Shown here piece after piece: positions 25,387 through 32,000 of a DNA stretch of 32,000 bases. The DNA is taken from NCBI RefSeq assembly GCF_000015145.1, contig NC_008818.1:1500001-1532000 (forward strand), in the 5' to 3' direction. Each line of letters opens with the position of its first letter. The stretch's first letter is position 1. The stretch is from Hyperthermus butylicus DSM 5456 (GTDB lineage Archaea > Thermoproteota > Thermoprotei_A > Sulfolobales > Pyrodictiaceae). A model generated the notes under the pieces. The model ran no database searches. It was given only the letters and a program-made list of their open reading frames with translations, and had not been told where the DNA came from. The translations under genes were made by a program, and so were the position numbers.

Positions 25387-25929
25387 TTGGACCTTGGCCT
25401 GGCTGTGAACAGCAAGAACATACAATTCCTGTTGCCTATTATCGTGAATTACTTGGCTTACTTGTTTGGGCCATGTGCTTGGCTGTGGTGGGTTTTTGTT
25501 GGGGGTGTGTTGTGGGTTTGTGCTTGGGGTGGAGTTTTGCCCCTTGTTACTGCTCGGGATTTGATTAGGGATTCTCGTCTGGTGTATGCTTTTCTGGATG
25601 GAACAATTACTGATGCTGTTAAGCGTAAGACCGAGCCTAGTGTTGGTAGTGTACCGGTTGTTGGTCATGATATGAGACTTCTTGGTATTTTTACCGAGAG
25701 GGATCCTGTGGGGCTTATTGCTAGTGATGAGAGTCTCGATCGGAGTCTTGGAGAGGTTATGATGTGGGGTCTTGGTGTGGCTCATCCTGATGATTCGCTT
25801 CCGAGTACTGCATATAAAATGGTACGGCACGGGGCTAGGCATACCCCAGTTGTTGATGAGGATGATAGGCTCCTTTGCGTGGTGAGTATTCGTCGGGTAC
25901 CGCAGTACATGCTTGCTGGAAGTGAATAG
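25387..25929 (+). CDS. CBS-pair domain protein
   Basis: Two CBS-like repeats are present: VPVVGHDMRLLGIFTERD and TPVVDEDDRLLCVVSIRR. The first 50 codons or so (G/T-rich, WLWWVFVGGVLWVCAWGG) may not be translated. Alternative starts are GTG 25507 and TTG 25537. Confidence 0.7.
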   Translation: MDLGLAVNSKNIQFLLPIIVNYLAYLFGPCAWLWWVFVGGVLWVCAWGGVLPLVTARDLIRDSRLVYAFLDGTITDAVKRKTEPSVGSVPVVGHDMRLLGIFTERDPVGLIASDESLDRSLGEVMMWGLGVAHPDDSLPSTAYKMVRHGARHTPVVDEDDRLLCVVSIRRVPQYMLAGSE

Positions 25930-25950
25930 CCTTAGGGGGTTGTTGGGGTC

Positions 25951-26877
25951 TTGGCTGTGCCAAGGATCACAGTGTACGTTGTTGATGTAGTGTTTAGGCC
26001 TTTGAGGAGTGTCCAGCTCAGGGGTGCCTGGAGTGGGGTTTTCTCGGGGAAGGTTGTGTATGATGCGTTGAGCCTTTCTGGCCTGGTGCTTGATCGTGGC
26101 GGGTTTTTCCGTGTAACTCCGGTTTACCGTGCCAGTGTCAGCCTTGACGCTCCGAGTAACGCTCCGGCGCCAGTTGCTGGAACGCTGTTCTCTGGGGAAC
26201 GGTACCGGTTCCGTGCCGTATTCTGGGGTTGGACCGGGTTTGTAGAGGCTAGGGATGCCGTTAATGCCCTGGTTAGCGGGCTGGGCGGGCTAGACTATGT
26301 CGAGGTACTTGAAGCTAGAGCCAGGACCATTGATGTCGAGTTGCCAGAGCCTCACATCGAGAATCACGGTGAGCGGCCGGTTGCCGGCGAGTTCGAGGTG
26401 CTTCACGAGGCTACATTCTACCGATTCCACGGCGCGCTAGTCTCGTACCCTAGCCCCTGGAGACTCATAGCGAGCGTTGCCCGGCGCATCTCAATGGCCT
26501 CAGGGATAGACTACCGCCCACTTGTCAGGCTCCTCCAGCCCTGCCTGGAGGTGGCTGTGGATAAGACTAAGAGGATGAGGATAAAGCTCACCCACGGCGA
26601 GGAAGTACCAGTCTTCAAGGGCCCCGTGGTCTACCATGTTGTCTGCAGCGAGCACCTCTACAGGCTAACCCAGCAAATGCTAGAGCTAGCCAAGCTCTTC
26701 GGCGTAGGCGGGAGCCCCGGCCTAGGCATCGGAGTAGTCTACAACGTTAGGAAGGTGCCATCACGCCATAAGTTACCGCCGGGCGTACTAAAGGATACCT
26801 ATGCCCTTGAACCCGAAGAGGGGGAGAAACTTGTAAAGCATGGAAGCGCAAATGGTGATGATACCAAAGAAACGTAG
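25951..26877 (+). CDS. Cas6-like RAMP protein (putative, orphan)
   Basis: The ORF is 308 aa with a TTG start, 22 nt after the CBS gene. The C-terminal glycine-rich loop FGVGGSPGLGIGVV fits the RAMP/Cas6 signature GhGxxxxxGhG exactly. Upstream segments resemble Cas6 blocks: FFRVTPVY, GERYRFRAVFWG, FEVLHEATFYRFHGALVSYPSPWRLIASVARR and VPVFKGPVVYHVV. There is no His in the first 134 residues. The call rests on pattern recognition only. Confidence 0.5.
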   Translation: MAVPRITVYVVDVVFRPLRSVQLRGAWSGVFSGKVVYDALSLSGLVLDRGGFFRVTPVYRASVSLDAPSNAPAPVAGTLFSGERYRFRAVFWGWTGFVEARDAVNALVSGLGGLDYVEVLEARARTIDVELPEPHIENHGERPVAGEFEVLHEATFYRFHGALVSYPSPWRLIASVARRISMASGIDYRPLVRLLQPCLEVAVDKTKRMRIKLTHGEEVPVFKGPVVYHVVCSEHLYRLTQQMLELAKLFGVGGSPGLGIGVVYNVRKVPSRHKLPPGVLKDTYALEPEEGEKLVKHGSANGDDTKET

Positions 26878-26981
26878 TAGTAAACTGTATTGTGAAGCAA
26901 CCCTTCTCAATGGTACCATGGTATTAACTGAAGTGTATGAAACTTGGAAATTCACATGAACACCGTACCCATATCTCTACG

Positions 26982-28517
26982 CTATTCCTTTCTCTTCAGC
27001 CAGCGGTCTAGCCCAGTTGTCTTTGGCTGCTCTTTTGCTCTGCGGAGTACTTTTTCGATGAAGCGGTCTCTTACGGGCTCGTAGACCTCCCTGTAGAAGC
27101 GCTGTGGGTCCCGGAGGACGCTTCTCGGGAACTGTTTGAGGTACTCTAGTGCTGCCCGCCATGCCTCCTGGAAGCCTATTCCTGCTTCCTCGAACTTCCT
27201 GGCTACGTGGCGGTCGAAGTCCTCGGGGCGCTGCTCAACACCTCCTATCACGTACCAGCCCCTAGAGGATACCTGGGCCTTTTCGCCGCCGACCTCTTCC
27301 CAGCGCAGCTCGTCCTCTGGAACAGTTGCTGCCCGTGTACTGTAGCGCCTGGCCTCTGCTGCTAGTCTCGGCCTCCTAGCTGGGCCATAGTACTTGGCCC
27401 ATGCGTAGAATATGGCGCGGTTGAGGCCCCAGCTCTTCGCTTTCTCGAGGTCGCCCGTTAGCAGGTAGTATCGGGCAGCCTGGAGCAGCGCCATTACCGG
27501 AAAGCGGCCCGGCTCCCTCGGCTCACCGGGAGCTGTTGGCGCAGCTGCCGCTGCTGGTATTGCCGCCTCCAGCATTGATGGTAGGCCTATCTTGGCTGCT
27601 CTTGCCTCCATTAATGCTCTCTTCTTCACCTTGCCTATCCTTCGGAGAGCCTCTCTAGCATAGTCGTCGGCTTCGCCCTCCACATAGCTTCTCCACGCGT
27701 CTGGGTTGTGGTGGGGCCTAGCTGGGAGGCTCCAGTCGGGATTGAAGCTATCCAGCTCCTTGGGCGATAAGGCTACTGCTACCCTGTCGAGGCGTCGGTG
27801 TAGGCTGAGGGGCGCGGTGAACACACGCTTTGCTGCTACGAGGTTTTCCACCTTGACAAGCCCGCCACAGCCATGTACGGCGCGTAGTATTTCGGGTTCC
27901 AGCTCCTCAAGCACTAGCTCAGCTGCTGCAAACGCCACGTCGAGGGGATGCGCTTCCCCTAGAATGTCGCGGAACGCTCTCTCGTGGATCCTTATGTGCA
28001 TTCCTGCACCACTCCAGAGCATGTAGACGCTGCTGCAGACGCCGTGTTCCCGGCAGAGCTGCTCATATATCATCCTGGCGATTTCTACCACGCAGCGCCA
28101 CGCATCACCGATTCTCTGCTCGTCAATAATATCCACGTCTATGAACGGCGTAGCATAGGCCACGTTTTCCTCGTATCCTTCCTCCACATCGCTACGGGCC
28201 TCAAGCCTACGATACACCTCTATGGTCCCATAGAAGCTCCTGGCACCAATACTCTGGAACCTCCTAACAATCTCCAGCACGTCCCGGGGCTCACGTACAA
28301 CCAGTGGTCTCGGTCCAAGCCATCTAGCCCACTTCTTTCCCGGACCTTCAACTGCAGCCCAGCGGCCACGGAGGAAATCCGCCATCTCCCTCTGAACTTC
28401 ATGTCTGGAGTAGTATGCTAGGGGGCTAATAGTCAAGGCCGAGGAAACCCCATGAAGTAGTATTACGCATAGCTGCCAGATTATTGCCTGGCAGGGTCTT
28501 CGGCCCAACCACTGCAA
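26982..28517 (-). CDS. archaeo-eukaryotic primase (AEP) superfamily protein, PriS-like, with about 180-aa C-terminal helical extension
   Basis: Motif I is ATPFIDVDIID (DxD). Motif II is YMLWSGAGMHIRI, against the canonical SGxRGxH. Motif III region is VENLVAAKRVFTAPLSLH, against the canonical D..VT.D.KRL.R.P.SLH. The N-terminal PLAYYSRHEV resembles the start of PriS. The start is uncertain (TTG 28517 or TTG 28436). Confidence 0.65.
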   Translation of the reverse strand: MQWLGRRPCQAIIWQLCVILLHGVSSALTISPLAYYSRHEVQREMADFLRGRWAAVEGPGKKWARWLGPRPLVVREPRDVLEIVRRFQSIGARSFYGTIEVYRRLEARSDVEEGYEENVAYATPFIDVDIIDEQRIGDAWRCVVEIARMIYEQLCREHGVCSSVYMLWSGAGMHIRIHERAFRDILGEAHPLDVAFAAAELVLEELEPEILRAVHGCGGLVKVENLVAAKRVFTAPLSLHRRLDRVAVALSPKELDSFNPDWSLPARPHHNPDAWRSYVEGEADDYAREALRRIGKVKKRALMEARAAKIGLPSMLEAAIPAAAAAPTAPGEPREPGRFPVMALLQAARYYLLTGDLEKAKSWGLNRAIFYAWAKYYGPARRPRLAAEARRYSTRAATVPEDELRWEEVGGEKAQVSSRGWYVIGGVEQRPEDFDRHVARKFEEAGIGFQEAWRAALEYLKQFPRSVLRDPQRFYREVYEPVRDRFIEKVLRRAKEQPKTTGLDRWLKRKE

Positions 28518-28526
28518 AGCTAGAAT

Positions 28527-28585
28527 ATAGCTTCCCAGTAATCCACGGTTGCATAGCTACATAATGCCCTGTAACAGCTATAGCT
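28527..28585. repeat. three ATAGCT hexamers at 26-27 nt spacing upstream of the primase gene
   Basis: ATAGCT occurs at 28527-28532, 28553-28558 and 28580-28585. The last copy lies inside the 10-bp palindrome AGCTATAGCT (28576-28585). All were read directly from the sequence. Confidence 0.25.
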
Positions 28586-28731
28586 AACACGTGGATGTGA
28601 GCCAGCGAAAATCTGTACCAGAGCTGGAAGACTCGAATACCAGGTTCTGCCGCATGGCGGGCTCGGCGACTCTACCCATCCACATAACTCCGCAGGGGTT
28701 CGGCGCCGCCCAAGCAGCTAGGCTGTTGTCC

Positions 28732-29403
28732 TCACCGCCCCAGTTTACGTGGTATCCTCGTGTGGTCCCCTAGTATCCAGTATTCGCCATCGCTCCTCTT
28801 CTCAAGCTTATATACTGGTACCTTGTGTTTAATCTCCTCCAACACTATTGCTGCTGTGGTGAATGCTTGGTGCCTCGAGACCGCTGTTACGAACACGTAT
28901 ATCGTTGGGTCGCCGGGCCTGCGCGGGCCGTGGTAGTGGTATACTGCTATGTCACGTACGCCGGGAGCTGATGCATACTTCTCAGCTATTCTCATCATTT
29001 CCCTCTCAGCTAGCTCCCTCACAGCTTCATAGTAGAGCTCGTGCACTGTCGAGCCTTCAACTAGGCCCTTTACGAAGCCCGCAAACGAGACTAGTGCCCC
29101 AGCACCGGTAGCGCCTCCCCGCAGCGAGAGCACCTCGTACACCATGTTGAAGTCTAGACGCTCGTTAGGGCCGAGTAGCCTGGCTGCTACGGGGCCAGGT
29201 GGGGGGCTGAGGAGGTAGACCTCGCTAGCGCCCTCCGGCAGTTTGTCCTCGACGCGTCTGCCGAGAGCGTAGATGGCTCCCTCAACACCAACCCTCTCTA
29301 TAATGCACTCAATTGTTACACACTCCTCGGACAGTTCTAGAACGTGGTGGAAGGGGTTGCCCTCCCGGAACCCTAGCACGTGAAGCCTGCGGCCCACCAG
29401 CAC
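28732..29403 (-). CDS. moaE: MoaD-like beta-grasp domain fused to molybdopterin synthase catalytic subunit MoaE
   Basis: The C-terminal 130 aa or so carry the MoaE blocks GALVSFAGFVKG, VYHYHGPRRPGDPTIYVFVTAVSRHQAFTT and EEIKHKVPVYKLEK. The N-terminal 70 aa or so resemble MoaD/ThiS (LHVLGF...VTIECIIERV...LPEGASEVYLLSPPPGP). This segment reads SPPPGP (nt 29191-29208) where MoaD has PPVxGG. Confidence 0.8.
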   Translation of the reverse strand: MLVGRRLHVLGFREGNPFHHVLELSEECVTIECIIERVGVEGAIYALGRRVEDKLPEGASEVYLLSPPPGPVAARLLGPNERLDFNMVYEVLSLRGGATGAGALVSFAGFVKGLVEGSTVHELYYEAVRELAEREMMRIAEKYASAPGVRDIAVYHYHGPRRPGDPTIYVFVTAVSRHQAFTTAAIVLEEIKHKVPVYKLEKRSDGEYWILGDHTRIPRKLGR

Positions 29404-29456
29404 AGCACCCAGGATAGAGGAAGGATGGGCGGGGTTATGCGGGCTTGCCTGGAGAG

Positions 29457-30266
29457 CTACAGGCGAATGCCATGCTTCACTTTTACCTCTAGCAGGCCGC
29501 GCAGCTTTACACCATAGTCTGGGGGCAGCTTGTGGCCGTGCTCCGCGTAGAGCTTGAGCACATAGCCCTCGTAGCTCCGGTAGCTGGCTAGCATCTCTCG
29601 GAGCTCCCAGGGCTCCGGAGCCTCCTCCAACACAACCACACGGTGGGCTGGCGATTCGAAACTATAGCTTTCAGCTAGTCCCAGCCTGTCGACATGGCTG
29701 AGGGTTCTTGCTAGCAGCGCTGCCTCCTCTACACCCGAAGCATGGGCTGGCGGACGGCCAACATCCACTAGGGCTGCCCGGTAGCACAGCTTGTCGCTGC
29801 GATGATAGCCTCCAGGCGTAGCACAGGAGCCGTAGACCTCCACAAACAACACCCTCCCACGGCTAGCAGCACCATAGTCGGCACCAGCCTCCCGCAGCGC
29901 ATTCAGCATCCAGGCTGGCGCCCTCCTTCCACTACCAGTATAGACCCTCCCATCGACAACTACCGCGAGATAACCGTCAAGCTTAACCTCTACTATAGCC
30001 TCGCCGGAAACCCGTAGCCTGCCACGCCTCACAAGGCTCCAGTAAATGGGGAGTGTCAGCACTGGATGCAGACGCGCCATGTCCCCGGCCCCTAAAACAT
30101 CGGACACGCAAGACGGGGTATCTGGTTTACTAGCTTGTCTAGCCTGCTCTCCTCTTAGCCCAATCATCTGCCCTAGACTGGCACCTTCTCTAAAATACTC
30201 GTCCCGGCAGGACGGATCCTGAAGCCATACTCCATCCCACGGAGCGACCCAGCTCAGCCTAAACAT
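29457..30266 (-). CDS. ATP-dependent ligase-like nucleotidyltransferase (minimal, no OB domain)
   Basis: The covalent nucleotidyltransferase motifs are all present: I VEVKLDGY, III LFVEVYG, IIIa YRAALVDV, IV EGYVLKL and V LLEVKVKH. The protein ends 5 residues after motif V. The real start may be internal (for example MARLHPV, ATG 30080). Confidence 0.65.
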   Translation of the reverse strand: MFRLSWVAPWDGVWLQDPSCRDEYFREGASLGQMIGLRGEQARQASKPDTPSCVSDVLGAGDMARLHPVLTLPIYWSLVRRGRLRVSGEAIVEVKLDGYLAVVVDGRVYTGSGRRAPAWMLNALREAGADYGAASRGRVLFVEVYGSCATPGGYHRSDKLCYRAALVDVGRPPAHASGVEEAALLARTLSHVDRLGLAESYSFESPAHRVVVLEEAPEPWELREMLASYRSYEGYVLKLYAEHGHKLPPDYGVKLRGLLEVKVKHGIRL

Positions 30267-30379
30267 CCTCGTCGATTGATACTTTGTAGACGTAATACTC
30301 TCGCCAACGTGGCAGACTCAATAGCCTACCTATTATGGCCGCCGAGTGTAATGCCCAGCACTGATAGCATTGGATGCAT

Positions 30380-31102
30380 TCAAGCACAGCGGAATGGTAT
30401 AGTGCCGCTAAACATTATCCTCAATTTGTCGCCAGCTCTTTCAGCGCTAAATCTGAGCCCACGCACCGCAACCCCAGCCTCTAGGGCGATGCATAGGCTA
30501 CGGGCTAGCAGGGGGTCTGCACGGCCATTCGGAGCTATAGCCTCCACGTCGCCCCTCAGTGCAAGAATTGCCAGCTCAGCCTCAAAGCCTTGGAGCCGTA
30601 GCATCCGGAGAGTCTCGACATGTTTTAGCCCGCGTTTGCTAGGAGCGTCAGGCCAGAGGGCTATGGGGCCAACAGCATAGTTTGTAGCTTTTACCTCTAC
30701 GATCCTAACGGAGTTGCCGACGGATACTATGAAGTCGAACCTGGAGCCGAGAATCTGCCTTTCCCTCTCATAGCTGGCACCACCATAGATTAGCGGTATA
30801 ACTTTCTCGAACAGCTTGTTCGGCAGCCTTGTGTCCTCGAGTACTAGCATGTCATTATCGTAGAAGGCTACGAGGTCGCAGCTCGTCCTTCGGCCTGGCC
30901 TCCAAGCTCGCTTGTAGAGCACACGCGTCCCAGGACGTAATGCCGGGATCCTACCCGGATCATGTATGTGGCATGTGAACTCTCTTCCCGCAGCTTCTAG
31001 CACAGCTGTAAACCTGTTGGGCCTGGCTAGCAGGGTGGCCTCCTCTACACCGCTAATCTCCAGAACCAGCCTGCTCGTTGATGAGGCGTTGGAGCTTCTC
31101 AT
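30380..31102 (-). CDS. sfsA: SfsA family protein (OB fold + PD-(D/E)xK-like domain)
   Basis: The ORF is 240 aa. SfsA blocks are LLARPNRFTAVLEAAGREFTCHIHDPGRI, SRFDFIV...IVEVKATN (a D...ExK pattern) and WPDAPSKRGLKHVETL. It overlaps the panB 3' end by 50 nt. Confidence 0.85.
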   Translation of the reverse strand: MRSSNASSTSRLVLEISGVEEATLLARPNRFTAVLEAAGREFTCHIHDPGRIPALRPGTRVLYKRAWRPGRRTSCDLVAFYDNDMLVLEDTRLPNKLFEKVIPLIYGGASYERERQILGSRFDFIVSVGNSVRIVEVKATNYAVGPIALWPDAPSKRGLKHVETLRMLRLQGFEAELAILALRGDVEAIAPNGRADPLLARSLCIALEAGVAVRGLRFSAERAGDKLRIMFSGTIPFRCA

Positions 31103-31985
31103 ACTCGCCCCTCTTCATCCCCCAGTACATGCCTTCGCCGGGGAACCTGCCATTGCGTACATCCGAGGCATACTCGCTGACGGCTCTCCGAATAATTGCG
31201 GCAAGGTCAACATATTTCTTGGCGAACGGTGGCGGGGTCGGGGTTAGGCCGAGGAGATCATGGATTACCAGTACCTGGCCGTCACAGTAGGGACCACTAC
31301 CGATACATATAGTTGGTATTGAGAGTTTCCTCGTTATCTCCCTCGCTACTTCCCACGCCGTAAACTCTATGACTACAGCAAAGGCGCCAGCCTCCTCTGC
31401 ACCTATAGCCTCCCGGATAACCTCCATGGCTTCGCTGGCCGTTTTGCCTGCCAGGCGGTAGCCACCGAGCAGCTTGTAGCGTTGCGGGGTAAGCCCCACA
31501 TGGGCCACGACTGGTATACCCGCCCTCACCAATGCTCTTATGGTGTCGCTGTAGCTGGCCCCGCCCTCTATCTTCACTGCATCAGCCCCGGCTGCAATTA
31601 GCCTGCCAGCATTCAGTACCGCGTCCCGGGTTGAGGCCTCGTAGCTCATAAACGGCATATCGGCGACGATTAGGGCTCGGGGCTGGGCTCTTGCAACAGC
31701 TGCTGTATGCCTCTCCATGTCCTCAAGGGTGACCTGGTGAGTAGAAGGGAGACCTAGAACAACCATGCCGAGAGAGTCTCCCACAAGAATCATATCTACG
31801 CCGGCTTCGTCGACGAGCTTTGCTGTTATGTAGTCGTAAGCCGTAACCATTACTATGCGCTCTCCGCGCTGCTTAGCACGAACTATATCTCGCACGGTAA
31901 CCTTCTCCCGGCCAGCCATCGCTCTAGCAACCTCACAGCTCTCCACATAGCTTCGTTGAATGGTGCCCTTAGCCCGAGCCTCCAA
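31053..31985 (-). CDS. panB: 3-methyl-2-oxobutanoate hydroxymethyltransferase (ketopantoate hydroxymethyltransferase)
   Basis: PanB blocks are RIVMVTAYDY, DMILVGDSLGMVVLG, ADMPFMSY and AVKIEGG. The likely true start is internal (MAGREKVTVRD, about 31920). Confidence 0.9.
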   Translation of the reverse strand: MEARAKGTIQRSYVESCEVARAMAGREKVTVRDIVRAKQRGERIVMVTAYDYITAKLVDEAGVDMILVGDSLGMVVLGLPSTHQVTLEDMERHTAAVARAQPRALIVADMPFMSYEASTRDAVLNAGRLIAAGADAVKIEGGASYSDTIRALVRAGIPVVAHVGLTPQRYKLLGGYRLAGKTASEAMEVIREAIGAEEAGAFAVVIEFTAWEVAREITRKLSIPTICIGSGPYCDGQVLVIHDLLGLTPTPPPFAKKYVDLAAIIRRAVSEYASDVRNGRFPGEGMYWGMKRGEYEKLQRLINEQAGSGD

Positions 31986-32000
31986 GCCTCACGGGCTACC

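Noticed and set aside
25360-25842. 160-aa minus-strand ORF antisense to the CBS gene
   Set aside because: It has low-complexity T/N/P/K/S-rich composition, no recognisable motif, and full overlap with a CBS-pair ORF that shows clear domain repeats. It is a shadow ORF caused by skewed composition.
26914-26923. 10-bp palindrome TACCATGGTA between the convergent Cas6-like and primase genes
   Set aside because: It is short, it has no adjacent oligo-T tract, and it could easily occur by chance. The evidence is insufficient for a terminator or binding site.
28591-28773. 60-aa plus-strand ORF in the moaE-primase intergenic region
   Set aside because: It overlaps the 3' end of the MoaD-MoaE gene on the opposite strand and has no recognisable features. 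The region is more plausibly the primase promoter/leader.
1-32000. Search for a CRISPR array to go with the Cas6-like gene
   Set aside because: Reading the intergenic regions and the low-complexity stretches revealed no series of 24-40-nt direct repeats with regular spacers. An array may exist elsewhere in the genome.

Overview
This is a densely coding, high-GC segment; hand counts on single 60-nt lines give about 53-63% GC. It looks archaeal and most resembles a hyperthermophilic crenarchaeon (Thermoprotei/Desulfurococcales-like). That guess rests on gene content only: a PriS-type AEP primase, an HTH_10 regulator, an Arch_ATPase-type NTPase, a CcmE with CxxxY, AT-rich TATA-like boxes and many GTG/TTG starts. 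Most genes are on the minus strand. From left to right the window holds: (1) a MoxR AAA+ / DUF58 / membrane-protein operon preceded by an Arch_ATPase-like protein with degenerate Walker motifs; (2) a frame-disrupted Wzx/MOP-type flippase and a doubly frameshifted TauE/SafE-type permease; (3) an RHH protein followed by a zinc-type ATP sulfurylase (sat); (4) a vapBC pair whose vapC is frameshifted; (5) an intact alkaline-phosphatase-superfamily phosphodiesterase; (6) a low-GC island of about 4.7 kb carrying an RHH paralogue, two GT-B glycosyltransferases and a heavily decayed phosphodiesterase paralogue; (7) tatC-tatA; (8) a complete variant System I cytochrome c maturation operon. The operon contains ccmB, ccmE with CHSGY, an extended ccmC, ccmA, a 1009-aa ccmF and a thioredoxin-cytochrome c-CcdA triple fusion, and no CcmH or CcmD was recognised; (9) an HTH_10 regulator; (10) a CBS-pair gene directly followed by a Cas6-like RAMP gene, with no CRISPR array in the window; (11) an AEP primase with a long C-terminal extension, a MoaD-like-MoaE fusion lacking the GG tail, a minimal KxDG ligase-like enzyme, sfsA and panB. 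I recognised no rRNA, tRNA, CRISPR array, transposase or integrase. The best candidates for new biology are the unusual Ccm architecture (the triple fusion and the giant sequon-rich CcmF ectodomain with a single Cys pair) and the orphan CBS + Cas6-like pair. All family calls come from motif recognition by eye; no database search was possible.
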